Shown: piece by piece, positions 1 to 10,158 of the stretch
Layout of the letters: every line of letters starts with the position of its first letter
Numbering within the stretch: the stretch's first letter is position 1
DNA from: Candidatus Latescibacterota bacterium
GTDB lineage: Bacteria; Latescibacterota; UBA2968; UBA8231
Reading direction: 5' to 3'
Length of the DNA stretch: 64,000 bases
Assembly (NCBI GenBank): GCA_965197905.1
Contig: CBDAOB010000005.1
Location: 576,001-640,000, forward strand
Program-made: the position numbers and the translations under genes
Notes under the pieces: generated by a model
The model's database searches: none
Told to the model about the DNA's origin: nothing
The model's input: only the letters and a program-made list of their open reading frames with translations

Positions 1-1
1 C

Positions 2-958
2 CACCTGTTTGCTGAATTCGACCTGACGCATCAGCTCTCGGTGGCGGCGGGACATTATTCGGTGAACGAAATCGCCGGTCCCGGCCGCAACAAGAGCACT
101 TACGGGCTGATAACGCTGGACATCCGGAATGTCGGCGATCGACCGCTGTTATTTCTGGAGAACAACCTCAGACGCGTCCAGGACGACATCCGCGACGAAT
201 ACCTGATCATCGACGAGGCGCCGATCAAGAACCTGGAATTCAGTGGCCGCGGCCTCACGCAGTCGATGTGCTCCAACTGTACCGGCAACAATGCGGTTTT
301 CGGCCTGCACGACCGGCCGCCGCTGTTTACCAGCCAGTTCGTGCCCGACGTTCGGAATTATCAGGACAGCTACGTCAACGAGACCTATATGGACCTGAGG
401 TTGAATCCGGTTTCGAGCCTGAAGCTGAACCAAAAGCTTCGGTCCAGGTTCAACTGGCAGCAGGGGGGCGAGCTCTACAGCAAGACCTTTCAGCAGAAGC
501 GGCGGCTGGACTTCTGGACTTCGATTACGAGGGTGGAGTTCACCCAGCACTGGGGTAAGCTGAGCATAACGCCCCAGTATAAGTTCATGTTTCTGCGCCT
601 TCGGGATCAGGAGCGCGGCTCCGATCTGCTTTCCGAGATTCGTTCCATCCCGATTCTCCGGATCGAGTATCCGCTGATGTCGCGCACCTTCCTGCGAGCA
701 GGATTTCAAGGTGTCGGTCCGTTTCCATACCGGTTGAAGGACGACACCGCAGACCGCAACAGCTACGAGCAACGCACTGCCTTCGTGACCATCACCAACG
801 GAACGGGCTACTTCGGCTACGAGTTGATTACTATACTTGGTATCAACAAAGACCGAAAGGAGTATGACACCAGGTTTACCGACGCCCGTGACTTTGACGT
901 TTTCTCGGTTTTTGTGCGGGGCATAATCGGGTTCTCGGAGTTCGGTCGGCCGATATAA
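2..958 (+). CDS. Partial (5'-truncated) hypothetical protein, probable outer-membrane beta-barrel C-terminal region
   Basis: Frame is open from base 2 (HLFAEFDLTHQLSVAAG...). Alternating amphipathic beta-strands with an aromatic-rich end (FSVFVRGIIGFSEFGRPI). Confidence 0.6.
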   Translation, partial: HLFAEFDLTHQLSVAAGHYSVNEIAGPGRNKSTYGLITLDIRNVGDRPLLFLENNLRRVQDDIRDEYLIIDEAPIKNLEFSGRGLTQSMCSNCTGNNAVFGLHDRPPLFTSQFVPDVRNYQDSYVNETYMDLRLNPVSSLKLNQKLRSRFNWQQGGELYSKTFQQKRRLDFWTSITRVEFTQHWGKLSITPQYKFMFLRLRDQERGSDLLSEIRSIPILRIEYPLMSRTFLRAGFQGVGPFPYRLKDDTADRNSYEQRTAFVTITNGTGYFGYELITILGINKDRKEYDTRFTDARDFDVFSVFVRGIIGFSEFGRPI

Positions 959-989
959 CTTCGGACGACCTATCTAGACGCTCGCCAGA

Positions 990-2492
990 TTAGAGGGCGG
1001 TCGAGAACACCTTCGCTTTGTGGAGGTGTAACCGCACCGCCACCGCCTGCTCCGCCAACTCAGACAGATCGCTCTTTCCGTTCCAGCTCAGAACCCGAGA
1101 GAGCTCGTCACCGGTCAGCGTCTCCGCCTCTTCCAGGCCGAACCCGGAGAAGGCGTCCACCGCTCTGGGCGGGGTCGAAGGCGGGTTCACCAGCTCCACC
1201 TTGATCCAGCCGTCCTTCTCGGTGCGATAGTTGATCCGCATCTCCTCGCCCGCGCACGGCCTTTCCACCAAAAGCGCGCTGCCGTCGGCGTCCGCTTCCA
1301 GACCGGCCAGCCTGTCTTCCTGCCACTGGGCCCAGCGAATCTCGTAATCGACCGGATAGGGCGTACCGCGGTCGAGGAAATCGTGCTTGCGCTCGTGCCC
1401 CACGAACGGCAAACGAAATTCACCGGAACCAGTGTCCACCAGGTTGGGTGCGGCGTAGAGTGCGCCGTATTCGCCGCCCTCGTAGTTGCGGTCGATAATC
1501 GGCACTCGCTCCGGCCGGGTCCATGTGTAGCTGTCGCGGCTGATGGCGAGATAGACGTCAACGGTGGAGGGAATCCGGTGATAAAAGGAAGGGAACATCA
1601 GATACAGGTGTCGGTCCGGGTAAAGCGAGTAGCACGGATTGTAGATGTCATCGCCCATCGAATCCAAAGGATCGCACATCAGGCAGGGCCGCGCCTGCCC
1701 CAGGTCGCGGAAATCGGTCCCTTCCGCGCGGCGCACGAGTCGTCGACGCTCGATGTGGCCACGGAGATAGGCGACGTACTTCTCGTTGTACGGATCGTAG
1801 ACGCACAGGTTATGGGTGTCGAGCTGGGTGGCGCCCACGTCGAGAATCGGCTCATCCAGGTTGGTCCAGTGGATTCCGTCCGGCGAGACCGAGGCTTTCA
1901 CGTTCTGGCGCATGTCGATCTTCTTTCGCCGCTCTTCGGGGGAGACCCCTCCAAGGTCCATGGCGATGAGAAGCTCGCGGAACTTCTTGCCATCCATCTC
2001 CGGATCCGGTTTGCCGTCCTTATAATAAAGGGCGCCACCGGCAATCGCCTTGTAGCGCTCAGCTTCGGGTGCCGTAGGGTCGATGAAGAGTGCTCCCAGA
2101 TGGTGGTCCTGGCCGTGGCAGACGATGTTGTTCTTGGTGGATCCTTCGTACTCGGTCGTGTTCAGGTCGGAGCGCTGCCAGTTGAAACCGTCATCACTCT
2201 CGGCGTAACAGACGTAGCTCTCCGCCACATCGCGCATCTTGCTGGAGCTGTACCAGAGGCGATATCTGCCGCCTTCGTGCATCATGGTGACGATGCGTAG
2301 ATTGGCATCCTCTTCCCAAGGACGCTCAGCCTTCAGGAAGATGTCGGATTTCCGCGCCTGCTCTATGGAGATTTTAACCCCGGTCGGCGGCTCCTGAGAC
2401 CAGATAGTGCCATCCTTTTCTTCCTTGCGGTGAGAGGCGAAGATGCCGTACTGATCGAGAATCGGTTTGGCGATGGGAGCGGCGGAACTCAT
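990..2492 (-). CDS. Five-bladed beta-propeller glycoside-hydrolase-like protein (GH32/43/130 superfamily-like) with C-terminal beta-sandwich; paralog 1
   Basis: Motifs RPWE, YRLWY, YAESDDGFNW, YEGSTKNN, DTHN and C-terminal VLSWNG...VRLHLHKAKVFS. ATG at 2492 follows GGAAGG (ORF track starts at 2537). Confidence 0.7.
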   Translation of the reverse strand: MSSAAPIAKPILDQYGIFASHRKEEKDGTIWSQEPPTGVKISIEQARKSDIFLKAERPWEEDANLRIVTMMHEGGRYRLWYSSSKMRDVAESYVCYAESDDGFNWQRSDLNTTEYEGSTKNNIVCHGQDHHLGALFIDPTAPEAERYKAIAGGALYYKDGKPDPEMDGKKFRELLIAMDLGGVSPEERRKKIDMRQNVKASVSPDGIHWTNLDEPILDVGATQLDTHNLCVYDPYNEKYVAYLRGHIERRRLVRRAEGTDFRDLGQARPCLMCDPLDSMGDDIYNPCYSLYPDRHLYLMFPSFYHRIPSTVDVYLAISRDSYTWTRPERVPIIDRNYEGGEYGALYAAPNLVDTGSGEFRLPFVGHERKHDFLDRGTPYPVDYEIRWAQWQEDRLAGLEADADGSALLVERPCAGEEMRINYRTEKDGWIKVELVNPPSTPPRAVDAFSGFGLEEAETLTGDELSRVLSWNGKSDLSELAEQAVAVRLHLHKAKVFSTAL

Positions 2493-2587
2493 AATATTCC
2501 TTCCGATGGAGTAGGTTCTTGCCGTCAAAGTCGGCATAAGTTAGTTCATTGGTTCAACCGGTAAAGACAAAGAGCACTGCCGATTTC

Positions 2588-2616
2588 TTGACGGGCATCT
2601 GCCGGCCCAATACTCT
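2588..2616 (+). promoter_or_regulatory. Putative sigma70-type promoter for the 2718-12787 gene run
   Basis: TTGACG-N17-TACTCT in the divergent intergenic region; SD AAGGAGG at 2701-2707. Confidence 0.5.
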
Positions 2617-2717
2617 TTGAGACCGGCGTCGGACTAAACACCACTCGCTCGTTTTGACGCTGTGATACGGCCGCGTGAAGCCCAGAGCGGTTCGGCTGAC
2701 AAGGAGGAAACTCCCAC

Positions 2718-4220
2718 ATGATAGTCCTGAACGGTGGTCCGCGTGAATCCATCAGAGAAGCCACCTTTCTACCTATAGACAGCTACTCCATTCCGTTCAA
2801 CAAGGGGCTCCTGTTGGAGCTCGCCCCGGGCCGCAAGGCCGACTTCGACAGCGGTCACGGTTTCGATCCCGATCATCCGGGTAAAGTCTTGGTACGTCAG
2901 GGTGAATCACCGGACCCCGACTGCAAGGAGGTCTGTTATTACGGCAGCGTCGTACACGTAGATGGCGAGTACCGCATGTGGTATCTGGGGCGCGGTGAAG
3001 ACGAGAAACGCAAGGCCAGCTACGCGGTCTCCAAGGATGGCATGGAATGGACCAAACCTAACCTGGGCATCGTCGAATACAACGGCAGCAAGTCGAACAA
3101 TCTGGTCGGTTTCCGTACGGGTGATAGCGGGTACCACGCCGAACACGTCAACTTCTGCCTGGTTATTCATGAGCCCGACGAAGCGGATGCCTCCCGGCGG
3201 TTCAAGATGGTATTCGAGCTTCATCCTCGTGACATCCGCGCCGCTTTCAGCGAAGACGGGCTGCACTGGACCCTGTCGCCTCACAATCCGATCATCAAGG
3301 GGAACAGCATCGAAACAGGCGGCCTGGTGCGCTACGGCGACTGCTATTACCTCAACGGCCAGGGGGGCGGAATGCCCCACCCTGTTCGCGGCGCGGGCAA
3401 ACGCTCTCTGGCGACCTACGCCTCCTATGACTTCGATCACTGGACCCAGAGTGTGGTACCCGGTTTCAGGCGCGATCCGGTGCCGCCTCACCCGCCCACC
3501 GATTTCGAGATGCATCGTGGCGAGCAGGTGCACATGGGCGCTTCCCTGTGGAATCGAGGCAACGTTCTTCTCGGCATCTACGGTCAGTACCACAACACCT
3601 CAAATGATCGCCGCAATGGCACCTGCGACCTTGGACTGGTGGTCAGCAACGACGCCATGCATTTCCGCGAGCCGGTTCCCGATTTCAAGTTCGTGCCTTA
3701 TTACGAGGAGTTGGAGGATGGCCCACCGCGCCTGTTGCAGGGACAGGGCTTCGCCAACGACGGAGAGCGCAGCTTCTTCTGGTACGGGGTCTGGCGCTAC
3801 GAACCGCCCAAGACCACGGGGGTGAGACTGGCAACCTGGCCCCGCGATCGTTTCGGCAGCTACGCCCCCACCGGCGAGTCCGCGGCGCGAAACGCGTCTG
3901 ATGAGGTCGAATCCTGTCACTGTATCACCTGCCCGTTCGAAGTCGACGCCGACAGGGGTGCCCGCGTATTCGTCAACGCCGACAACTGTTCCGAGCACAG
4001 CACGTTGACGGTGGAGGTGCTGGATGAGCAGCTTCGCGTGCTCAATGGTTTTGCGGCGGAGGATTGCGACCCCATCACCGAGGCGGGATTCCGTCGGCCC
4101 GTTTCCTGGCGGGGTGGCAATACCCTCGAACGGATCGATCATCCACTGCGCCTGAAGGTGAACTGGGAAGGGTTGCGCGCTGAGGACGCCAGGCTCTTCG
4201 CTTTGTACGTGGAAGAATAG
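2718..4220 (+). CDS. Five-bladed beta-propeller glycoside-hydrolase-like protein; paralog 2
   Basis: YRMWY, YAVSKDGMEWTKPNLGIVEYNGSKSNN, C-terminal VFVNAD...VEVLD...VSW...LFAL; strong SD. Confidence 0.75.
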   Translation: MIVLNGGPRESIREATFLPIDSYSIPFNKGLLLELAPGRKADFDSGHGFDPDHPGKVLVRQGESPDPDCKEVCYYGSVVHVDGEYRMWYLGRGEDEKRKASYAVSKDGMEWTKPNLGIVEYNGSKSNNLVGFRTGDSGYHAEHVNFCLVIHEPDEADASRRFKMVFELHPRDIRAAFSEDGLHWTLSPHNPIIKGNSIETGGLVRYGDCYYLNGQGGGMPHPVRGAGKRSLATYASYDFDHWTQSVVPGFRRDPVPPHPPTDFEMHRGEQVHMGASLWNRGNVLLGIYGQYHNTSNDRRNGTCDLGLVVSNDAMHFREPVPDFKFVPYYEELEDGPPRLLQGQGFANDGERSFFWYGVWRYEPPKTTGVRLATWPRDRFGSYAPTGESAARNASDEVESCHCITCPFEVDADRGARVFVNADNCSEHSTLTVEVLDEQLRVLNGFAAEDCDPITEAGFRRPVSWRGGNTLERIDHPLRLKVNWEGLRAEDARLFALYVEE

Positions 4221-4231
4221 GGAGACATTCG

Positions 4232-5749
4232 GTGCAGGCTTACGACGTTGGAGATAAGAAACAGCTCTTCATCGATGAGCGGTGGTTCGCAACCCAACAC
4301 GGAATGAGCATCACCGTCAATCCTCCCACAAAGCAAGAGCGAGTGCTGGTACCCGAGGAACCGTGGGAGGCGAAGGGTATACATGCCTACAGCACGGTCC
4401 TGGAACACGACGGCATCTACAAGATGTGGTACGATGCCATTCCCACCCAAGGCAGCGGCATGCGCCGCAGTATCTGCTACGCCACCAGCGAAGACGGTGT
4501 CCATTGGGAGCGCCAATACGTAAATCTGTTCGAGCTGCCGGGGGTGCCCCGAAATTCGGTGGTAATGCCGGGAACCAACGGCAGCGTCATGGTCGATCCC
4601 AACGGTCCGGATGAGCACCGCTTCAAATGTATGGCCTTGATCACTGAGAACGACTTCTGGGACGACTCCAAGGGATGTATCTGCGGCCAGTACGACGGGT
4701 ACGAGAAGGAATACTGGTGCGAGCTCTATTTGTGCACCAGCCCCGACGGCATTCACTGGCATCGACAATCCCCGTCGGCCATGCCGTTCTTTCACGACAC
4801 GCAAAATGTCTTGATCTACGATGAGCGCATCGGTCGTTATGTCGCCTATATGCGGACGCACGAGAAACGCCGAACCGTCGGCCGCACCGAGTTCGACGAC
4901 CCGATGCAACTGCCGTGGCCCTTCGCAGAGAATCCCAACGATTTCCGCGGTCCTGGAAACTCCCGCTGGGCGGCGGGGGGCGAATACGAGCTCGCCCTCT
5001 GCGCAGACGAATCCGATCCGCCCGACACCGACCTCTACACTCCAAGTGTGCACATCTATCCGTGGGCAGCAGACTCCTATTTCAGTTTTACCACGCCGTA
5101 CCGCCACTATCCTTTCGGGGATACGTCTGATACAACGCTACAGGGAAAAGATGAGCGCGGCCGGTTCAGCAACGACGGTCCGTTAGAGATTCAGCTGGCG
5201 GTGAGCAGGGACGGAGTTTCCTGGTCACGTCCCGATCGTCGGCCGTATGTACCTCTGGGTTTGGTGGGTAGCTGGGACGGTGGCCAGGTGTATATGGCAC
5301 AGGGCCTGATCAACAAGGGAGACGAGATCTGGCAGTATTACAGCGGCACCTTCCATACCCACGGCGCCTACGATCCGGACGAAGAGGATCGCAGCGGCGG
5401 GCTGTGCCGCCTGGTTCAACGCCTCGACGGTTTCGTATCTGCCGACGCCGAGTACACGGGGGGTGAATTCACGACCCCCCTTATCACCTTTTCAGGAGAA
5501 GATTTGAAGCTAAACGCGGATTGTTCGGCTATGGGTGAGGTCTGGGTCGAGATTCGCGACGACCGCAACCATCCCATCGCCGGCTACACCCTGTCGGAGA
5601 GCATCAGCGTCGATCGCAACCAGATCGCCGCGCCGGTCGTATGGAACGATCGAGACGACGTGGGAGAGTTGGTAAGCCGACCGGTGCGCCTTCACTTCAA
5701 GGCCCGGGCGTGCAAGCTGTATGCGTTTCATTTCGAGGGGAGACCGTAA
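4232..5749 (+). CDS. Five-bladed beta-propeller glycoside-hydrolase-like protein; paralog 3
   Basis: QLFIDE, EPWE, YKMWY, YATSEDGVHW, HDTQN, RLDGFVS, LKLNAD, KLYAF; GGGAG SD before the GTG start. Confidence 0.75.
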   Translation: MQAYDVGDKKQLFIDERWFATQHGMSITVNPPTKQERVLVPEEPWEAKGIHAYSTVLEHDGIYKMWYDAIPTQGSGMRRSICYATSEDGVHWERQYVNLFELPGVPRNSVVMPGTNGSVMVDPNGPDEHRFKCMALITENDFWDDSKGCICGQYDGYEKEYWCELYLCTSPDGIHWHRQSPSAMPFFHDTQNVLIYDERIGRYVAYMRTHEKRRTVGRTEFDDPMQLPWPFAENPNDFRGPGNSRWAAGGEYELALCADESDPPDTDLYTPSVHIYPWAADSYFSFTTPYRHYPFGDTSDTTLQGKDERGRFSNDGPLEIQLAVSRDGVSWSRPDRRPYVPLGLVGSWDGGQVYMAQGLINKGDEIWQYYSGTFHTHGAYDPDEEDRSGGLCRLVQRLDGFVSADAEYTGGEFTTPLITFSGEDLKLNADCSAMGEVWVEIRDDRNHPIAGYTLSESISVDRNQIAAPVVWNDRDDVGELVSRPVRLHFKARACKLYAFHFEGRP

Positions 5750-5751
5750 GA

Positions 5752-6587
5752 GTGACACCCGAACAACGATATTTCTTCGATCTCAGCGGGTATCTGCATG
5801 TCGAGAGCGCCCTTGGGGCGGACGAACTGAAGCAGGCCCAAGAAGCAGCCGATCGATACATCACTTCCACGCCAGAGGAGCTGCCGCCCGGATTCTCTAT
5901 CGAATATGCCGAGGGGCCTCGCCACCTCGACGGTCACGCCCACGGTTTCGCCTTCGACAAGGCGCTCGAACGATTGACGATGCATCCGGTGACCTGGCCG
6001 ATCATCAAGGAGCTTACGGGAAATAAACCCAGGTTCACCAGTGGCACCCTGGCCGTGAATACAGCGCGCCATCGCTTCCATCCGTTGCATTCTCTCAAGG
6101 AAGATGTGGAACAGAGCGGACCCCGAACTGCCACGCTACCAAGGATGGGCGCATCTTCAGCGACAACTTCGTCGTTTTCTTCTACCTCACCGACGTGCTC
6201 CCTCGTGATGGCGGACTGATGCTAGTCCCCGGCTCGCACAAATCCGAGTTTTCGCGCCCACAGAACCTTTTCTACCAAGACACCTACGATAACGAAGGGT
6301 ATGTAGCTGAGGAAATTCCGGCAGGTGTTGCCAACGTGACGGCTCGAGCAGGGGATGTGGTGTTCATGTCGGAGATGGTGAGCCACGGCGCGTTGAACTG
6401 GAAACCGCAGGATCGGGATCGGCGCTTTCTCACCTTGCGCTACGCGCCCCAGTTTATCGCCAGCAACGGCAAGTTCCCCGACGAGATCCTAGAGCGCTTG
6501 TCTCCCGAGACGAACGAGCTTGTCGCGGTTACCGGTTATGCCCATACCAAGGAGGTCGCCAAGCTCGATCGTGTGGAGCTCTCATGA
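5752..6587 (+). CDS. PhyH-family Fe(II)/2-oxoglutarate dioxygenase, split by a -1 frameshift near 6121-6124
   Basis: N-part MTPEQRYFFDLSGYL (frame of ORF 5641) joins NCHATKDGRIFSDNFVVFFYLTDV...GGLMLVPGSHK...AGDV...HG (frame of ORF 6195) if one C is added to CCCC. Colinear with the paralog at 47699-48544. Confidence 0.75.
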
Positions 6588-8047
6588 GTGGAATCGCCGG
6601 TTGCTGCGGCGAACGTGTACTCTTCCTCGATATGGAGGCGGTGGCCGCTCGACGCAACGTAATACAGACAGTCGTCGAAGCCGAGAAACATCCGTCGAAT
6701 CCGGTGTTGCCGCTGGGCGATGTGGGGGAATGGGATTCCCTGCAGGTCAAACCGTGGGCATCGCGGAGTGTCATCTACGACGACGAAGAACAGTTATTCA
6801 AGTGCTGGTATACCGGGATCGATATCGGCGCCACGGTGCACACCACGGGATACGCCATCAGCGAAAATGGTGTCGATTGGTCAAAACCTCGCCTTGGCCT
6901 GTTCGAATACAACGGGAACAAGGACAACAATATCTGCATAGAGAGTGGATACGGCCCGGTTATCAAAGATGTCGCCGAAGAGGATCCCAACCGGCGCTAC
7001 AAACTTATCCTGAAGCAAGGCGCGAAGCACCCGGACAAAATTACTCTAGCCTATTCCTCAGACGGTCTAGAATGGCGCGACGGACCGGTGATGGAAGAGC
7101 CGCAGTGGAACGACCGCACCCCCGACATCGGTGGTCTGATCCGGGACGACCAGGATCCGGACCCCAACCGGCGGTACAAGTACACCTGGATGTCGGTTCA
7201 TCCAGCGGACAAACCGGGACCCGATCTCGTGCGCACCCAGTCTCTGGGTTGCGGCCCCGACGTCGAAGATTTCAGCGGTATCGCCGACAACCCGATCCTG
7301 CATCCCAACGACGGGTTGGAGCAGGAGAACCACTTCATCATGCTGTCCCCTTACGCCGGTCAATATGTGGTGCTCTATGAGTACGGGTGGTACATGCCTA
7401 ACGGCACCGGCAGGTTCGGCAGCTACACTGCGGATGTGCGCCTGGCCGCCAGCCGCGATGGCGACCATTATACTCGGGTGAATTCTAGCCAGCCGGTGAT
7501 TCGGCGGGGCCAGCATGGGGAGTGGGACGATGGCTTTCTGGTCATCTCCGACAAGCCAATCGTCGTGGACGACAAGATCTACCTCTACTATAGCGGCAAC
7601 TCAGAGGAGTGGACCTCGTGGCCGTGGCAGAACAAGATCGACCGCGACATGGAGATCAAAACCGGGTTCATTCGCACCACCCGCATGGGTCTGGCGACCT
7701 TGCGCCTGGATGGGTTCTCCTGCCTCGAGACCGCCGATCGCGAGACCCCCGGTTGGATGGAGACGGTTCCCTTCCAGCTCGAAGCTGATGCAGCGCTCTG
7801 GGTAAACGCGGGTTCCCTTCTGCCGCGACGAAGCTGGATCGAGGTTGAAGTGCTGGACGCGGGAGCGAATGAGGTTGTGCCCGGGTTTGGACGCGGTGAT
7901 TGCAAGCAGCTACAGACTGACTCGGTGCACGCAAAATTGTCCTGGAACCAGGCGCGACAACTGCCGGCGGGCCGAAAACTACAACTTCGATTCCACCTCA
8001 TGGGAGCGGCTCGCCTTTACTCTTTCGGATTTGAGGAGGCCACATGA
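6584..8047 (+). CDS. Five-bladed beta-propeller glycoside-hydrolase-like protein; paralog 4
   Basis: EKHPSNPVL, FKCWY, YAISENGVDWSKPRLGLFEYNGNKDNN, GLATLRLDGF, RLYSF; ATGA overlaps at both ends. Confidence 0.75.
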   Translation: MSGIAGCCGERVLFLDMEAVAARRNVIQTVVEAEKHPSNPVLPLGDVGEWDSLQVKPWASRSVIYDDEEQLFKCWYTGIDIGATVHTTGYAISENGVDWSKPRLGLFEYNGNKDNNICIESGYGPVIKDVAEEDPNRRYKLILKQGAKHPDKITLAYSSDGLEWRDGPVMEEPQWNDRTPDIGGLIRDDQDPDPNRRYKYTWMSVHPADKPGPDLVRTQSLGCGPDVEDFSGIADNPILHPNDGLEQENHFIMLSPYAGQYVVLYEYGWYMPNGTGRFGSYTADVRLAASRDGDHYTRVNSSQPVIRRGQHGEWDDGFLVISDKPIVVDDKIYLYYSGNSEEWTSWPWQNKIDRDMEIKTGFIRTTRMGLATLRLDGFSCLETADRETPGWMETVPFQLEADAALWVNAGSLLPRRSWIEVEVLDAGANEVVPGFGRGDCKQLQTDSVHAKLSWNQARQLPAGRKLQLRFHLMGAARLYSFGFEEAT

Positions 8048-9315
8048 ACAGCAAACTGCGACAACGGATCGGCGATGCCATCGCCGCGATGCCGGTGTTC
8101 AATCATCACGAGCATTGCTGGAAATCATTCAGCACCGACCATCAGCAGGAGTTCGACCTGCCTTGTCTGCTAACCTATGGGTATCTGGGTGGCAACCTCA
8201 ACGCCGCGGGGCTTGGGGAACGAAGAGATTTCGACTACCTGAGCGACCCGGAGCTGCCGGACGGCTCGGAGAAGGCATGGTCGCTGATAGCACCGTTTCT
8301 ACCGAAGGTGCGCAACACCGCCTTCTACCGTTATCAATTGCTCACTTTGCGCGATCTGTTCGAGGTAGAGGAGAGCGATCTATATTGCGATCGCTGGCGG
8401 CAGGCTTCTGAACGCATCCGATGCTACAGTCGAGAAACGAAAGGTCAAGGGGCGAAGCTTTCCGCTCGCATGGGTACTACAGGCTCCGTTCTCGATGCCA
8501 AGGCGGGGATCGCACCCGGGCTTCCCAAAACGGTGCCCAGCGACCACACGCTGCTTAACGTCATACGGCTGGATCGATTCATCCACGAAGGGCGCGGGTT
8601 GAAAATGGCGCTGGACGACCATCCAGGCCGCGACTTCGAAGGGTGGATGGAGCTCTTCGACGGCATCTGTAAACAGGCCCTGGACGACGGCGCCCATGGC
8701 TTTAAATGCGGTCTGGCTTACAATCGTCCTCTCGATTTCGGCTGTCCGACCCGCGATGACGCGGCGCGTATCTTCAACCGCGGCATCCTTACGGCATCGC
8801 CGGAGGAGAAGAAAACCTTTCAGGACTACATGATGAATCGGTTGGCCGAACGCTGCGTAGAAGCGGACGTGCCGATGCAGATCCACACCGGCATGACCGA
8901 GGATATCGCCGGTGCCAACCCGACGCACATGACCGAATTCCTCTACAAACATGAGGAGCTGCGCCTAGATCTCTTTCATGGCGGCTACCCCTGGTCGGTT
9001 CAGGCGGGCTTGATGGCGGCGAACCATCCAAACATGTTTATCGATGGTTGTTGGCTGCATTCCATCTCGTATCAGGGATTTCGCGAGGCGCTCACCGCAT
9101 GGATCGAGAATGTGCCGATGAACAAGATCTTCGCTTGGGGTGGCGACCACACGATCCTGGAGCAGAGCTACGGCTCTCTGGTGGTTGCACGCGAGCTGGT
9201 GGCCGACGTGCTGGCAGACCTGGTGCACCGGGAGTACTTCGATGAAGAGCTGGCGCTAGAGGTGGCCCGCCGCATTCTTCACGACAACGGCATCGAGTTC
9301 TGGGGTTTGGAATGA
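8044..9315 (+). CDS. Amidohydrolase-superfamily protein (Amidohydro_2 / uronate-isomerase-like)
   Basis: NHHEH, GFK, QIHTG, LFHGGYP and WGGD metal-ligand pattern. Confidence 0.75.
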   Translation: MNSKLRQRIGDAIAAMPVFNHHEHCWKSFSTDHQQEFDLPCLLTYGYLGGNLNAAGLGERRDFDYLSDPELPDGSEKAWSLIAPFLPKVRNTAFYRYQLLTLRDLFEVEESDLYCDRWRQASERIRCYSRETKGQGAKLSARMGTTGSVLDAKAGIAPGLPKTVPSDHTLLNVIRLDRFIHEGRGLKMALDDHPGRDFEGWMELFDGICKQALDDGAHGFKCGLAYNRPLDFGCPTRDDAARIFNRGILTASPEEKKTFQDYMMNRLAERCVEADVPMQIHTGMTEDIAGANPTHMTEFLYKHEELRLDLFHGGYPWSVQAGLMAANHPNMFIDGCWLHSISYQGFREALTAWIENVPMNKIFAWGGDHTILEQSYGSLVVARELVADVLADLVHREYFDEELALEVARRILHDNGIEFWGLE

Positions 9316-9394
9316 GTGGTGTGAATCTCAGACCCGCTGTTTCGTTACGGCCGGGGTGGGTGCAGCCGCTCCGGGCGAACCAGGGGAGACTGTT

Positions 9395-10141
9395 TTGACT
9401 ACCAAAAAGGACTACAGACACCAACCGTTCACCAAATTCGTCGCCCTCGGCGAGAGCACCACGGCCGGCGGGTGGTCCACGTCGCCGGAGCGCTGCTGGG
9501 TGCCGCGGTTGGCGGCGCTGATCGACGATTTCCAGGAACGACCCCTGGAGGTTTTCAATGCCGGCATTGGTGCCAATGTGATCTCACGGCGATCTCCCGC
9601 CTACGAAACCAGCGGCAAGCCGGCGGCCGACGAGCGCCTGCAGAAACACGTCATCGACCAGGTGCCCGATCTTCTGGTCATTTCCTACGGCCTGAACGAT
9701 GCGCGCTGCGGCATCTCGTGGAGCCTCTTCCGTCGGGTCATGTTGAGTCTGGTAAGGCGAGTGCGCGAAAAACTCGATCCGGTCATCGTCTTGCCGGGAC
9801 CGTACTACATGTGGGATTTCGAAATCGGTCGGGAAGGAGGTTACGGCAGGGGAGATCTCGAGATGTTCAAGAGATTCAACAAAGGAATCTCCCGCCTCGC
9901 CCGGGCGCACGACTGTCTCTACGTCGATCTGTTGGACGCCTACGGAGAAAGCGATTGGATGATCCATTACGACGGTGTTCACGCCAACGATCTGGGGCAC
10001 CGGATCGTCTCCAACAGAATATTCGAGGTTCTGGCGCAGAACTGCTCCTGCCTTGCCAACCGAACCAGAGCGATGGAGAGATCGAGTCCGCGCTGGCGCG
10101 ACGAGTCGGTGCTGATCATGACAGGTCGGGACGACACATAG
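9395..10141 (+). CDS. SGNH/GDSL-family esterase/lipase
   Basis: Blocks LGESTTAG, NAGIG, YGLND and DGVH; TTG start after GGGGAG. Confidence 0.85.
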   Translation: MTTKKDYRHQPFTKFVALGESTTAGGWSTSPERCWVPRLAALIDDFQERPLEVFNAGIGANVISRRSPAYETSGKPAADERLQKHVIDQVPDLLVISYGLNDARCGISWSLFRRVMLSLVRRVREKLDPVIVLPGPYYMWDFEIGREGGYGRGDLEMFKRFNKGISRLARAHDCLYVDLLDAYGESDWMIHYDGVHANDLGHRIVSNRIFEVLAQNCSCLANRTRAMERSSPRWRDESVLIMTGRDDT

Positions 10142-10158
10142 ACTCCAAAAGCGTGGCA

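Noticed and set aside
5752..6587. Programmed ribosomal frameshifting in the split genes
   Set aside because: No consistent slippery heptamer plus stimulatory structure; many unrelated genes are affected, which favours sequencing indels.
9472..10158. N-terminal extension of the 727-aa ORF
   Set aside because: Out-of-frame overlap with the SGNH gene; family motifs begin at 10159.
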